A stretch of 64,000 nt of DNA from an uncultured Prevotellaceae bacterium (GTDB taxonomy: Bacteria; Bacteroidota; Bacteroidia; Bacteroidales; Muribaculaceae). The position numbers were made by a program, and so were the translations under genes. Every line of letters begins with the position of its first letter. Positions within the stretch are counted from its first letter, which is position 1. The notes beneath the pieces were generated by a model. It was not told the DNA's origin. It worked only from the letters and a program-made list of their open reading frames with translations, and did no database searches. Below are positions 31,754 to 42,283 of this stretch, one piece after another. The DNA lies in contig CALEJB010000045.1 of NCBI GenBank assembly GCA_937898675.1, positions 67,155 to 131,154 on the forward strand. The letters are read 5' to 3'.

Positions 31754-32938
31754 TCACCTGGAGGCGCGGTAGTACAGGATAGCGGCGATGATGATATAGA
31801 CAAAGTTGGGTATCCACATCGCCACACGAGCGCTGGTGTAGCCCGAGACGGCAAAAGTGGAGGTAACCGTCATGAACAGCAAATAAGAGAAACTGAGCAA
31901 GAGGCCCAGACCGATGTTAAGGCCGATGCCTCCCCTCACCTTGCGCGACGAGAGCGAGAGACCGATGATGGTGAGGATAAACGCTGCCGCCGTCATGGCA
32001 ATGCGCCGCTCATACTCGACTTCAAATGACTTGATATTGGACACGCCGCGGGCCTTTTGCTTCATGATATATTCCTGCAGCTCGGGCGAAGTCATCGTCT
32101 GCTCGTCGTACTTGGAGATGAGGAAGTCGCGCGGGTCGATATTCAGCAGGGTGTCCATCATAGCGCCCTTGGTCATCGTCTCCTTCAATCCGTTGAACTC
32201 GCGGATGGTGTATTGGCGCACGGTCCACAGGCCAACGGAGTCATACTTTATCGTCTCGGCCGTGAGGCGCGACTTGAGGGTGTTGCCCTCAAACTTCTCG
32301 AGCGAGAAACGGAAACCGCTGCGCGTCGTGTTGTCGTAGCGCGCCATATAGGCCATCACGCCCGGCTTGACCTGCAACTGGATGTTGTCGCCATAGACCA
32401 CCTCCTTGTTTTTCACCCACTTATTGGTGTAGGCGAGGCGCTCGGCGTTGGCGGGCGGGATGACGTATGCCGCCAACCAGTAACTGCCCACGGCAATGAC
32501 GGCCGCCGAGAACAGGTAGGGCAGCGTCAAACGGTAGAAACTGATGCCGTTGCTGAGCATGGCTATGACCTCGCTGCGGTCGGCAAGACGCGAGGTAAAG
32601 AAAATTACCGATATAAAAGTAAACAACGGGCTGAACTGGCTGAGCACAAAGGGCAGGAAGTTCATGAAGTACTGGAACACCGTCGCCCTTAACGGCGCCG
32701 TGAGCACCGCGTCAAGTTTCTCGTTGATGTCAAACATCACGACGATGGCGAACAGCAACAGGATGGCAAAGAAGAAAGTGCCCAGGAAATTCTTGACGAT
32801 GTAGCGGTCGATGCGCTTCACGTAGTACCACGGATAGCGGCGGCGCGTGTCGCGCTTGGACTCCTTGGGTTCCAACGCCGCCGCATCGGTCTTTTCGCCG
32901 TCGGGCATTAACATGATATCGTCTTGGTGCTCGTCCAT
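31754..32938 (-). CDS. LptF/LptG family LPS export permease
   Basis: KRIDRYIVKNFL, SEVIAMLSNGIS; 3+3 TM layout. Confidence 0.88.
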   Translation of the reverse strand: MDEHQDDIMLMPDGEKTDAAALEPKESKRDTRRRYPWYYVKRIDRYIVKNFLGTFFFAILLLFAIVVMFDINEKLDAVLTAPLRATVFQYFMNFLPFVLSQFSPLFTFISVIFFTSRLADRSEVIAMLSNGISFYRLTLPYLFSAAVIAVGSYWLAAYVIPPANAERLAYTNKWVKNKEVVYGDNIQLQVKPGVMAYMARYDNTTRSGFRFSLEKFEGNTLKSRLTAETIKYDSVGLWTVRQYTIREFNGLKETMTKGAMMDTLLNIDPRDFLISKYDEQTMTSPELQEYIMKQKARGVSNIKSFEVEYERRIAMTAAAFILTIIGLSLSSRKVRGGIGLNIGLGLLLSFSYLLFMTVTSTFAVSGYTSARVAMWIPNFVYIIIAAILYYRASR

Positions 32939-32950
32939 CGCAATAAAGTA

Positions 32951-34081
32951 TTACAGTCGCTGCTGCACGTCGTGAAGCATCTGTTGTTTCCAGGCGGGGA
33001 AATCGCCGGCGATGATGTGCTTGCGCGCCTCGCCCACGAGCCACAGGTAAAACGCCAAGTTGTGAACGCTTGCAATCTGCATCGCCAGAATCTCCTGCGC
33101 GATGAACAGATGGCGGACGTAGGCCCGCGAATAGATGCGGTCAACAATCGAGGGGCCATCTTCCTGCAAGGGTGCGAAATCATCGGCCCACTTCTTGTTG
33201 CGCATGTTCATGATGCCGTGGCGGGTGAACAGCATGCCGTTGCGCCCGTTGCGGGTAGGCATCACGCAGTCCATCATGTCCACGCCGCGGTCGATGGCTT
33301 CGAGGATGTTGGCGGGCGTGCCCACACCCATCAGATAGCGGGGGCGGTCCTGGGGCAGGATGTCATTGACCACCTCAATCATCTCATACATCTTCTCGGT
33401 GGGCTCGCCCACGGCGAGGCCACCGATGGCGTTGCCGTCGGCGCCCAGGTCGGCGACAAACTTGGCCGATTCCTGGCGCAAGTCCTTGTAAACGCATCCC
33501 TGCACGATGGGAAAATAGGCCTGGCTGTGGCCGTAAAGCGGCTCAGTTTCCTTGAAATGCTTCCAGCCGCGCTCGAGCCAGCGGTGGGTCAGCGTCAACG
33601 ACTTGCGGGCATAGTTGTAGTCGCTGGTGCCGGGCGGGCACTCGTCCAGCGCCATCATGATGTCGCTGCCAATGATGCGCTCGATGTCCACCACCTTCTC
33701 GGGGGTGAAAAGGTGCTTGCTGCCGTCGATGTGGCTGCGGAAGGTCACGCCCTCGTCGGTGAGTTTGCGGTTCTCGGCCAGGGAGAACACCTGAAAACCG
33801 CCGCTGTCGGTCAAGATGGGGCGGTCCCATCCGTTGAACTTGTGCAAGCCACCGGCGCGCCCGATGATGTCCATGCCAGGGCGCAGGTAGAGGTGATAGG
33901 TATTGCCCAAGATGATTTGGGCGTGTATGTCGTCACGCAGTTCAGGCATGTGCACGGCCTTGACGGCGCCGACAGTGCCCACGGGCATGAAAATGGGCGT
34001 CTCAATCTGGCCGTGTCCCGTAGTAATCAAACCAGCGCGGGCATTGGTGCCTGATGCGGATGCGATGAGTTCAAAATCCAT
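32951..34081 (-). CDS. tgt: tRNA-guanine transglycosylase
   Basis: TPIFMPVGT, NTYHL, TDSGGFQVFSL and DCVMPTRNGRNG motifs. Confidence 0.97.
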   Translation of the reverse strand: MDFELIASASGTNARAGLITTGHGQIETPIFMPVGTVGAVKAVHMPELRDDIHAQIILGNTYHLYLRPGMDIIGRAGGLHKFNGWDRPILTDSGGFQVFSLAENRKLTDEGVTFRSHIDGSKHLFTPEKVVDIERIIGSDIMMALDECPPGTSDYNYARKSLTLTHRWLERGWKHFKETEPLYGHSQAYFPIVQGCVYKDLRQESAKFVADLGADGNAIGGLAVGEPTEKMYEMIEVVNDILPQDRPRYLMGVGTPANILEAIDRGVDMMDCVMPTRNGRNGMLFTRHGIMNMRNKKWADDFAPLQEDGPSIVDRIYSRAYVRHLFIAQEILAMQIASVHNLAFYLWLVGEARKHIIAGDFPAWKQQMLHDVQQRL

Positions 34082-34239
34082 GTGTTCTCGCGTCTAAAAA
34101 TCGTGCAAAGTTAGTGAAAAGTTTTGAGTCCATGGCGCGGCGGGAGCACATTTTGCCGCAAGCGCCACTGTTTTAACAAAAAAAACGAGGTCCGGCTGAG
34201 TTGTCAACCGGGCCCCGGTAATCATGTCGGGCAGCGAAA

Positions 34240-34869
34240 TCAGTTGTATTTTTCCACCTCCTTCTTGGCCTTCTCAAGGTTCTTTTGAGCCTTTTCGATA
34301 TCCTTGGCAGCATTGTCGCGCTTCTTTTGCAGGTCGGCAATCTGCTTGGCCTGCTTCTCGCTCAATTTGAGTTTTTCTTCGTCCATCTTGACCTTCTCCT
34401 CGGCAGTAGCGTTGGCCTTTTTGGCATGCTTGTCCATGAGTTTTTGGGTATCCTTGGCTTGCTTTTCAGGCAGTTCGCGCATCTTCTTCTCCACTTCGTT
34501 CTGCTTTTTTTGAGCATCATTCAGTTTATCCTGTGCCTTGGCATAGTTGTCGCGGGCCTTTTGGCGCTTTTCGATTGCCTTTTGCTCCTCCTTGGCCTTT
34601 TTCTCGGCCTTCTTGGCTTCCTTCTCGGCCTTTTGAGCCTCCTTCTTTTGCTTCTGAGCGGCCTCCTTTGCATCCTTTGCCTGCTCCTCTTGCTTCTTCA
34701 GAGCCTGCTTTTGCTGTTCCTCGTTTTCTTTCATTTGGGCAGCCTGCTGTTGCAGTTGTTTCTGCTGCTCAACAGTGAGCGTTTTCACTTGGGGGTCCTG
34801 GTTTTGAGCCATAGCCGCGGGAGCGGCAGCGAGGCAGAAAAGCACTGCCAACATCATCATCTTTTTCAT
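34240..34869 (-). CDS. Secreted/periplasmic K/E/Q/A-rich coiled-coil protein
   Basis: Signal peptide ending AMA followed by low-complexity helical sequence. Confidence 0.75.
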   Translation of the reverse strand: MKKMMMLAVLFCLAAAPAAMAQNQDPQVKTLTVEQQKQLQQQAAQMKENEEQQKQALKKQEEQAKDAKEAAQKQKKEAQKAEKEAKKAEKKAKEEQKAIEKRQKARDNYAKAQDKLNDAQKKQNEVEKKMRELPEKQAKDTQKLMDKHAKKANATAEEKVKMDEEKLKLSEKQAKQIADLQKKRDNAAKDIEKAQKNLEKAKKEVEKYN

Positions 34870-34941
34870 AATAGTCTTGGTTTTATTAAATTATCAATAT
34901 ATAAAGTATTATAAAGACTCGAACCTGCCCAAAAAGTTTAA

Positions 34942-36693
34942 TCACCATTTGCGGTTGGGAGCGTCAAATATCAAGAGGCGGCTCATGTCCCAGACCTTGC
35001 GCTGGTGGGGCGTGAGCGCAGTGCTGTCGCCAATCACCGACATGTTGCGGGGCTGCACGGCACTCGTGACGCTGTATCGCAAGATACTGTGTCCCAACCC
35101 CTTCCACTCGTAGGAATTGGCACCCATCACGTCAAGTAGCGTGGGGAACACATCCACCTGGCCGATAACGGGCTCGTAACGCAACTTGGTGCCCGTGCCC
35201 AGGATAATCATGGGGATGCCCCAGTCATCTGGCACAAACTGCTCGTCGGGGCGTCCGACAATGCGGTTATAGTACAGTTGGGTGTGGTCGCTCACAATGG
35301 CGATGACGGTGTTTTGACGCATGCCCTGAGCCTCAAGCGCGCCGATGAACGCTCCGATGCAACTGTCGGTCACATTCACACAGTTGAGGTAGTTGCGCGC
35401 CTCGGCGTTGAGTGTGTCGCTGGCGGTAATCCATGAGGGCCGCACCTTGCCGGCGGCATAGGGCGTGTGCATGGTCATAGTCACCATCTCGAGGAAAAAC
35501 GGCTGGCGCAGTTCGGGCAAGAGGCCCGCAGCAAAGTCGGTCATCGCCGCATCGTCAACCTGGCTGTGGCGCGCCAACGCACCAGCGAGGTGGTCGCGCG
35601 TGTAGAGCGTATCAAATCCGTAGGTGCGGGCCGTCACGTTCTGGTTCCAGTTCTTGCCCGGCGTGCAAATGATTTCGCGGCAGTCATAGCCCGGCAATGC
35701 CGCAGCCAGCGTGGGATATGGGCCAACGCCATGATTCACCGCCACTGCCGCGTCGCGCAGGGGCAGCAGGCCGGTGTTGTAGATGAAATGGGCGTCGCTC
35801 GAATGGCCGTGGCTGGTCTGGAAAAGCACATGCGGCGCATAGATGACGCTGTCGCCCGCCATAATGCTGTTGAGCACAGGCGTCACCTCGCGGCAATCGA
35901 CCTGCATGCCGATGGGCCAAGTGTGCAGTGACTCGACGATGATGAGCACCAAATTGGGCTTATCGCCAGCGGCAAAGCGGTTATCGGTATAATGCGGGCA
36001 ATCCTCGGCGAGGAATTTTGCCGCTTGGGCACGCTCGGCATCGCTCACGCCGCGGCCGCTCAGCAACACGTCATGCAGCGTGAACAGACCATAAGGGATA
36101 AGGCCATTGCGGGCAAAATAACCGCTGTTGCTGAAATTGTGCAAGAAGCGCGACTTAAAGCCGTCGGCCCCGTTGTAGTAGCCTGCCGCGCCGACGAGCA
36201 AAGCGGCAGCCAGCGAACACAAGAACGGTTTAAGCCTCGCGCCGTCGTTCGCCGCGCGTTTGCCGACAAGGCAAGCGATTATGAGCAGCAAAAACGGAAC
36301 GACGACGAGCAAATCCTGCCATCGCAAGAGGGTCAGGGTGCTGTCCATCAAAGTCGAATTCACATTATCGGTCAGCGTCATGCTCTGCCACGGCATCAGG
36401 TCGTCGTAGGCGCGGCAGTAGCACATCTGCACCACGCACCACACGGTGAGCAAGGTTAGCGGGATCCACACCAGCCACCGCCATCGCCGGCGCAATAGCC
36501 AGTAGGGCGAGAGCAACAGCAGCGCATTGGCAACGCTGACGGCAACGGCATGCCACTCGTGCAGCATGCGCCCCACCCCGCCCAGATGCGTGTCGAGCGC
36601 CACGACAAAGCACTGCCACGACACCGCCGCGACACACATCGCAAAGAACAGGATGCCGTAACGCTTGAATGATAATGTGGATTTCTTGAACAT
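34942..36693 (-). CDS. LTA synthase / sulfatase family membrane protein
   Basis: N-terminal TM helices; NLVLIIVES, TMTMHTPY, SDH and QVDVFPT motifs. Confidence 0.85.
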   Translation of the reverse strand: MFKKSTLSFKRYGILFFAMCVAAVSWQCFVVALDTHLGGVGRMLHEWHAVAVSVANALLLLSPYWLLRRRWRWLVWIPLTLLTVWCVVQMCYCRAYDDLMPWQSMTLTDNVNSTLMDSTLTLLRWQDLLVVVPFLLLIIACLVGKRAANDGARLKPFLCSLAAALLVGAAGYYNGADGFKSRFLHNFSNSGYFARNGLIPYGLFTLHDVLLSGRGVSDAERAQAAKFLAEDCPHYTDNRFAAGDKPNLVLIIVESLHTWPIGMQVDCREVTPVLNSIMAGDSVIYAPHVLFQTSHGHSSDAHFIYNTGLLPLRDAAVAVNHGVGPYPTLAAALPGYDCREIICTPGKNWNQNVTARTYGFDTLYTRDHLAGALARHSQVDDAAMTDFAAGLLPELRQPFFLEMVTMTMHTPYAAGKVRPSWITASDTLNAEARNYLNCVNVTDSCIGAFIGALEAQGMRQNTVIAIVSDHTQLYYNRIVGRPDEQFVPDDWGIPMIILGTGTKLRYEPVIGQVDVFPTLLDVMGANSYEWKGLGHSILRYSVTSAVQPRNMSVIGDSTALTPHQRKVWDMSRLLIFDAPNRKW

Positions 36694-36822
36694 ATCTGCC
36701 GCAAAAATAGCATTTTTTTCACAACTTAACGCCAAAAAACGCCATTTGCCGCATGAAATTATTCAAAATGCCCCTGCGACAAGACAACGGAACCATCATA
36801 ACCCCTAATTCCAGTCTTCTTA

Positions 36823-37221
36823 CTATGCGCAGCCGTCGCGGTCGCTGCGGCCGTCGATAAAACCCTCGTCATAACCGCGCCCGTAGCCATCGAGGTACTG
36901 CTCGCGGGCCTTGCCGCGCAGTTTGGTCTGGGGATTGTAACTGTCCTCATAGCCACCGCCACAGTCGGCGCCATCGTCATAGCCGTCGTCGTAGCCATCG
37001 TCATAGCCCATCTCCCAGTACTTGCTTGCGCTGGAGGCCTTTTTGCGTTTAGCCGATTTCTTGGGTTTGCGAGACTGTTTCTTCTTGGTGTTTTTTTTCT
37101 TTTTAGTGGCCTTGGCGGCGAGGGTGACGGACTCCTGGAACGAAACGGGCTCGGGAATCAACGCACTAGCCGTCAGACTGATGACAAGGTTGATGATGAT
37201 GGCCAGGCAAAGGTTCTTCAT
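36823..37221 (-). CDS. Small secreted hypothetical protein with Lys-rich tract and GYDDG repeats
   Basis: MKNLCLAII signal peptide, KATKKKKNTKKK, GYDDGYDDGYDDG. Confidence 0.65.
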   Translation of the reverse strand: MKNLCLAIIINLVISLTASALIPEPVSFQESVTLAAKATKKKKNTKKKQSRKPKKSAKRKKASSASKYWEMGYDDGYDDGYDDGADCGGGYEDSYNPQTKLRGKAREQYLDGYGRGYDEGFIDGRSDRDGCA

Positions 37222-37240
37222 TGCTGATAGTGATGTGAGG

Positions 37241-37678
37241 TTACATGCGCTTGACAATGTGTGTGACGACGCCCCACACTTGGAAATTACTCTCCTCGCT
37301 GATGTGCAGTGGGGGGAACGAGGCATTGGCGGGCGTCAGATAAACGCCGTCGTCGCGCACAGTAACGCGCTTGACGGTGAAGTCGCCGTCCACAAAGCAC
37401 ACGGCGATGCAGCCGTCGCGGGCGGGGACAGAGCGGTCGATGATGAGCAGGTCGCCCTCGTTGATGCCCGCATCGACCATCGAATTGCCGATGACGCGGG
37501 CACAGAATGTGGCAGCAGGATTGCTGATGAGTTCACGGTTGAGATCGATGCTGTTGGCATACTCGCCCTGGGCAGGGCTGGGAAAACCCGCCTGGATGCG
37601 CGTCTCAAACGCATGCGGCCCTTGAACCTTTGTGCTGGATGCGACCTGCGATATTTCAAGTTCGTGAGGTTCCATCAA
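37241..37678 (-). CDS. umuD: UmuD-like S24 autopeptidase
   Basis: AGFPSPA cleavage region, GNSM catalytic Ser, FTVKR catalytic Lys, VWGVVT. Confidence 0.9.
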   Translation of the reverse strand: MMEPHELEISQVASSTKVQGPHAFETRIQAGFPSPAQGEYANSIDLNRELISNPAATFCARVIGNSMVDAGINEGDLLIIDRSVPARDGCIAVCFVDGDFTVKRVTVRDDGVYLTPANASFPPLHISEESNFQVWGVVTHIVKRM

Positions 37679-38458
37679 TCAAATGTTTACAATCAGCCCG
37701 TCATAGGCCAGTTCGATGCCAGCGGGCAAAACTTCATGCGACCGGGCATGCAGGCCAATGCCGTCGCTCATGTGAATCAGAAAAGTCTTGCCGGGCTTGA
37801 CGCGCTCAACAACCGCGAGTGTCTCGCCCAGGCTCATGTGGGAGTTGTGCTCAGTCATGCGCAAGGCATTGATGACCAGCAGCGGGATGCCCTTGAGACG
37901 GTCAACCTGCTCATCGGCAATGAATTTGCAATCGGTGATATAGGCCATGGGGCCGATGCGGTAACCACAGATGGGCAACTTGTCGTGCATCACGGGAATG
38001 GGCTGAATGGTGACGCCCCGGACCTCAAACGGCTGGTTGCCCTCGCCCACGACATGCTCATCAAAACGGGCTACGCCAGGATAAGGATGCTCGGCAAAGC
38101 AGTATGGAATGCGCTGGTGCAATGCGTCAAGCACGCGTTGCTGGGCATAGAGCGGAAAACCGTCCTCATGCCGATAGCAATAGGTGCGCAAGTCGTCCAA
38201 ACCCGCCACATGGTCGAAATGGAAATGGGTGAGCAAGACGGCGTCGAGCCGGGTATCGGAGGCGCGCAGCATCTGGGTGCGGAAATCGGGGCCGCAGTCG
38301 ATGAGCAAATTGGCACCCTTGTAACGCACGACAGCCGACGCGCGCAGGCGCTTGTCGCGGGGGTCGGTGCTGCGGCACACCGGGCATGGGCACAGCAGCA
38401 TGGGCACACCCGTTGACGTGCCTGTACCAAGGAATTCTATTTCAAGTCCGTATGCCAT
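37679..38458 (-). CDS. MBL-fold hydrolase (PhnP/YycJ-like)
   Basis: LGTGTSTGVP, CPVC and THFHFDHVAG motifs. Confidence 0.9.
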   Translation of the reverse strand: MAYGLEIEFLGTGTSTGVPMLLCPCPVCRSTDPRDKRLRASAVVRYKGANLLIDCGPDFRTQMLRASDTRLDAVLLTHFHFDHVAGLDDLRTYCYRHEDGFPLYAQQRVLDALHQRIPYCFAEHPYPGVARFDEHVVGEGNQPFEVRGVTIQPIPVMHDKLPICGYRIGPMAYITDCKFIADEQVDRLKGIPLLVINALRMTEHNSHMSLGETLAVVERVKPGKTFLIHMSDGIGLHARSHEVLPAGIELAYDGLIVNI

Positions 38459-38471
38459 ATCACCAATCACT

Positions 38472-39449
38472 TCAGCGCCTGAACTGACTGAGCAGCCCGT
38501 CAACAAAATACAGATAGGAACCGCCGTCATAGTACCAGTACTCCCTCATGCCGCCCTGGTCAGGGTTCTCATTGATGCGGTTGGGGCTGCCCAGCGCCAA
38601 GCGGCACTCCTCCTTGGTCATTCCGACGACGACCTCGCCTCGCGTGATGCGCAGCCAGTTGGCATCGCCAATGAGTGGATAGCCCAGGTGGGGGTCAGAG
38701 GCGGTGAACAACGCGTCAAAGTCGCGTCCGCGCATCGCCGAGCCGTTGACACTCATCCACACCATGGCCCGCTCGCGCGAGTCAATGGCAGTGAACAGCA
38801 CCCGCAACGGCATCACGGCATTGCCCGCTTTCACACCGTCGATGTGCACCTTGACGAAATGGCGGCCGTCGCGCATCTGCTCGGTGCCGCAGTCATACCA
38901 GATGGGCGTCTTGATAAAGTAATCGTTGCCTTCGACCTGCCGTGCGATGTGGTCCACCATGTCCATGTCGATGAGCATCGGGACAGAGAATCCCGGACGG
39001 AACTCACCGATGGTCTTGTCGGTGCGATAGACATAGGTTTTGCCCGTAGCGGAGTCCTTGAAGATGATATTTACCGTGCTGCGGTTGTCGTAGATGCTGC
39101 CCGTCTCATAGCCCACATACTTGAGCACACGGCCCGTGAGGTTGATGGTGTCGGCAACATCATCCTGGGAATGGGCAAACAGCAGTCGCACCTGGTTGTC
39201 GGCCACCCAAAAGCGCTTGCCCGGCTGCCATGCCGGCAGCGAGTCCACAAATGCGTCAAGCGTCACGGGGGCCTGACGCGCATCCATCTCATCGATCACG
39301 CGGCTCACATCCTTGTCGGTAACGCGCTCGTTGAGTTCAATGCCCGTGCCGCATGATGACAGCGCCAGACAGCACAAACCCAACATGACCGCAGGCCGCA
39401 GCCCCCTGAAGGCGCGGTCCATCCAACCCGATACCGGCAGTGGTCGCAT
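38472..39449 (-). CDS. Hypothetical lipoprotein with a BamE/SmpA-like C-terminal motif
   Basis: Lipobox LSSC; C-terminal GMTKEECRLALGSP. Start uncertain. Confidence 0.65.
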   Translation of the reverse strand: MRPLPVSGWMDRAFRGLRPAVMLGLCCLALSSCGTGIELNERVTDKDVSRVIDEMDARQAPVTLDAFVDSLPAWQPGKRFWVADNQVRLLFAHSQDDVADTINLTGRVLKYVGYETGSIYDNRSTVNIIFKDSATGKTYVYRTDKTIGEFRPGFSVPMLIDMDMVDHIARQVEGNDYFIKTPIWYDCGTEQMRDGRHFVKVHIDGVKAGNAVMPLRVLFTAIDSRERAMVWMSVNGSAMRGRDFDALFTASDPHLGYPLIGDANWLRITRGEVVVGMTKEECRLALGSPNRINENPDQGGMREYWYYDGGSYLYFVDGLLSQFRR

Positions 39450-39459
39450 GCCCCGACTG

Positions 39460-39882
39460 TTACTTTTTCTTGGCTTGCTGTTCCTTCTCGAGGCTGGCAT
39501 CGATGGCATTGGAAAGCGACTGGATGTCCACGCCGCCATTCAAGGCATCGCCAGTAAGCTCATTGATGGCACTATCCTTGGAAACCCCATTGTCCATCTT
39601 GATGGTTACGATATAAGCTGCTGCCTTGTCACGCGCCTCCTTCAATACCTGCTGAAAGTCGGCGACGGCTTTCTCGTCACCTGCGGCAATCACCTCCTGC
39701 TCCATGTCGCGAATCTGCTTGTCGAGTTGCATCACGGCAGCAGTGTCCTGCCTTTGGCACATCTCGTTCAGCTGGTCGGCCAACTTCTGGCCCTCGGCCT
39801 TATAGTCCTTGTCTCCACTCTTAATGCAGCCCGCCAGCGACACGCACACGGCGAAGGCGACAATCACTAATAATTTCTTCAT
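39460..39882 (-). CDS. Hypothetical lipoprotein
   Basis: MKKLL...LAGC lipobox. Confidence 0.75.
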   Translation of the reverse strand: MKKLLVIVAFAVCVSLAGCIKSGDKDYKAEGQKLADQLNEMCQRQDTAAVMQLDKQIRDMEQEVIAAGDEKAVADFQQVLKEARDKAAAYIVTIKMDNGVSKDSAINELTGDALNGGVDIQSLSNAIDASLEKEQQAKKK

Positions 39883-39903
39883 ATTTTTCTATCTGCTAAT
39901 TGG

Positions 39904-40167
39904 TTATTTTCCTGTTTTATTTGCCAGAGCTTCGCTCAGCGCCGTCGCCAACTGGTCGGGGCACGACGTGCTCTTGTAGCCACAGCGTATGCCCTGCAAC
40001 TTGGCAATGGCGTCCTGGGCCTTCATGCCGCGGACAAGCGCAGACACCGCCTGCAGATTGCCGTGGCATCCGCCCAAAAACTGAACGCTCTTGATAACGC
40101 CGTCCTCACTGAGTTCAATATCAATCTGGACGGAACAAGTTCCATGGGTATAATAGGTATATTGCAT
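39904..40167 (-). CDS. TSCPD domain protein (TIGR03905-like)
   Basis: GTCS, GGCHGNL and CGYKSTSCPDQL motifs. Confidence 0.9.
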   Translation of the reverse strand: MQYTYYTHGTCSVQIDIELSEDGVIKSVQFLGGCHGNLQAVSALVRGMKAQDAIAKLQGIRCGYKSTSCPDQLATALSEALANKTGK

Positions 40168-40172
40168 TGCAA

Positions 40173-40850
40173 TCAGTTATTCAATAATGAGAACAGCCCA
40201 CGAGGGTCAAGAATCTTCATCTCGTTGCTGTCATACTCGATAATATCCTGCCCGCTCAACTTGTCCAGCGCCGCGATGAGAGTCGTGCGCTGGGTACTCA
40301 ACAACGAGCAGAGGTCTTTCTGCTTATACCGCAGCGTGATGTCCTTGGCGCCGCTGGCGGCCACGGCACCGACGATAGAGGCCAAACGCTCGGACACCGA
40401 ACCGTCCTTGATGGCAAGGACCGATGAGAAACCGCGCTGACTGCGCGACGACAAGTAATTCAAAATATTGAACAAAAACACCTTGTCGCTGGAAATCATC
40501 TTGATGTAGTCACTCTTAACCAGCTGGAGAATGCCACAAGAACCCACAGCACGGGCGCTGAAGGGATAGACCGTTTCACGCCCGAACAGATAGTCGGCAG
40601 CAAGCACTTGAGGCGCGGACAGCGTCTGCAGCAACGACACTTTCAGACGTGTGAACGGCGTCTCGAGGCGCAGTTGCCCCGACACGATGAACTTGACATG
40701 AGAGCAAGGCTCGCCGGCGGCAATAATCTGCTCGTTGTCCTTGTACTTGAGGAAATGAAACGGCATTTTCTCGACCAGCGCCGTGATTTTCTCGGTGCTC
40801 ACGCCTTGAAAAAGCGGCAGTCGCTTCAACTGTTTGTACATAATATTCAT
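40173..40850 (-). CDS. Crp/Fnr family transcriptional regulator
   Basis: LPLFQG cNMP-binding domain and a C-terminal HTH-like region. Confidence 0.85.
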   Translation of the reverse strand: MNIMYKQLKRLPLFQGVSTEKITALVEKMPFHFLKYKDNEQIIAAGEPCSHVKFIVSGQLRLETPFTRLKVSLLQTLSAPQVLAADYLFGRETVYPFSARAVGSCGILQLVKSDYIKMISSDKVFLFNILNYLSSRSQRGFSSVLAIKDGSVSERLASIVGAVAASGAKDITLRYKQKDLCSLLSTQRTTLIAALDKLSGQDIIEYDSNEMKILDPRGLFSLLNN

Positions 40851-40882
40851 GACAATGCCTGTTTCTCCCTTAATCAACCTGG

Positions 40883-42247
40883 TTATTGGCCTATGGCCTT
40901 GATTACATCCTCGATGGGCAGCGTCTGCTGGTCACCGGTGGCCATGTTCTTGAGAGCGACGGTGCCATTGGCCACCTCGTCGGCGCCCACGATGGCGACG
41001 AACGGAATCTGGCGGTCGTTGGCATAGTTCATCTGCTTCTTCATCTTGGTGCTGTCGGGATAGAGTTCGGCGCTGATGCCGGCGCGGCGCAGGGTCTTGA
41101 TGTGTTGCAGCGAGGCAGCGGCTTCCTGCTCGCCAAAATTGACAAACAGCACCTTGGCCGTTGCCATGGTGTCGGCGGGATAGAGATTGAGGCCGTTGAG
41201 CACGTCATAAATGCGGTCGGCGCCAAAGCTGATGCCCACTCCCGACAGTCCCGGCATGCCAAAGACACCCGTCAGGTTGTCGTATCGGCCACCGCCCAGG
41301 ATGCTGCCGATGGCGAAATCCAACGCCTTGACCTCGAAGATGGTGCCCGTATAATAGTTCAAGCCGCGGGCCAGCGACACATCGAGTTCGACATGTCCGC
41401 GGGTGCCCAGAGCAGCCACATGGGAGAGCACATAGCGCATCTCCTCGATGCCCTTCATGCCCGTCTCGCTGGAGGCGAGCATGCCCTCGAGCGCGGCAAG
41501 GCGCTCGTCGTTTGAGCCCTGCAATGCCAGCAACGGCTGCAACGTGGCGACAGCCTCGTCGCTGAGCCCCTTCTCCTTCAACTCGGCGTTTACATTGTCG
41601 ATACCGATTTTGTCGAGTTTGTCGATGGCGACAGTAATATCGACAATCTTGTCGGCAGCGCCCATTACCTCGGCAATGCCGCTGAGAATCTTGCGGTTGT
41701 TCAGTTTGATGGCGATGTTGATGTTGAAGCGGTCAAACACCTCGTCAATCATCGTCACCAGTTCCACCTCGTTGAGCAGCGAGTCGCTGCCAACGATGTC
41801 GGCGTCACACTGGTAAAACTCGCGGTAACGCCCCTTTTGCGGGCGGTCAGCGCGCCACACGGGCTGCACCTGATAGCGCTTGAAAGGCATCTGCAGGTCG
41901 TTGCGGTGCTGGACGACATAGCGCGCAAAGGGGACCGTCAGGTCATAGCGCAGTCCTTTCTCGCTGATTTTGCCGGTCAAGTGCAACGAGTCGCGCGCCG
42001 CGAGCAGTTCCTCGGGGGCGTCCTTCATGTAGTCGCCGCTGTTCAGGATTTTGAACAACAGCTTGTCGCCTTCCTCACCATACTTGCCCATGAGCGTGGA
42101 CAGGTTCTCGATCGAGGGAGTCTCAATCTGCTGGAAGCCGTAGAGCAGGAACACTTCTTTAATCGTGTTGAAAATGTAGTTGCGGCGCGCCATCTCAATC
42201 GGGGAGAAATCGCGCGTGCCCTTTGGGATTGATGGTTTTTGTGCCAT
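40883..42247 (-). CDS. hisS: Histidyl-tRNA synthetase
   Basis: [33 protein letters not shown] and GGGRYD motifs. Confidence 0.98.
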   Translation of the reverse strand: MAQKPSIPKGTRDFSPIEMARRNYIFNTIKEVFLLYGFQQIETPSIENLSTLMGKYGEEGDKLLFKILNSGDYMKDAPEELLAARDSLHLTGKISEKGLRYDLTVPFARYVVQHRNDLQMPFKRYQVQPVWRADRPQKGRYREFYQCDADIVGSDSLLNEVELVTMIDEVFDRFNINIAIKLNNRKILSGIAEVMGAADKIVDITVAIDKLDKIGIDNVNAELKEKGLSDEAVATLQPLLALQGSNDERLAALEGMLASSETGMKGIEEMRYVLSHVAALGTRGHVELDVSLARGLNYYTGTIFEVKALDFAIGSILGGGRYDNLTGVFGMPGLSGVGISFGADRIYDVLNGLNLYPADTMATAKVLFVNFGEQEAAASLQHIKTLRRAGISAELYPDSTKMKKQMNYANDRQIPFVAIVGADEVANGTVALKNMATGDQQTLPIEDVIKAIGQ

Positions 42248-42283
42248 TATATCAGTGTTGTTTTTTTATATATAATAATGTTA

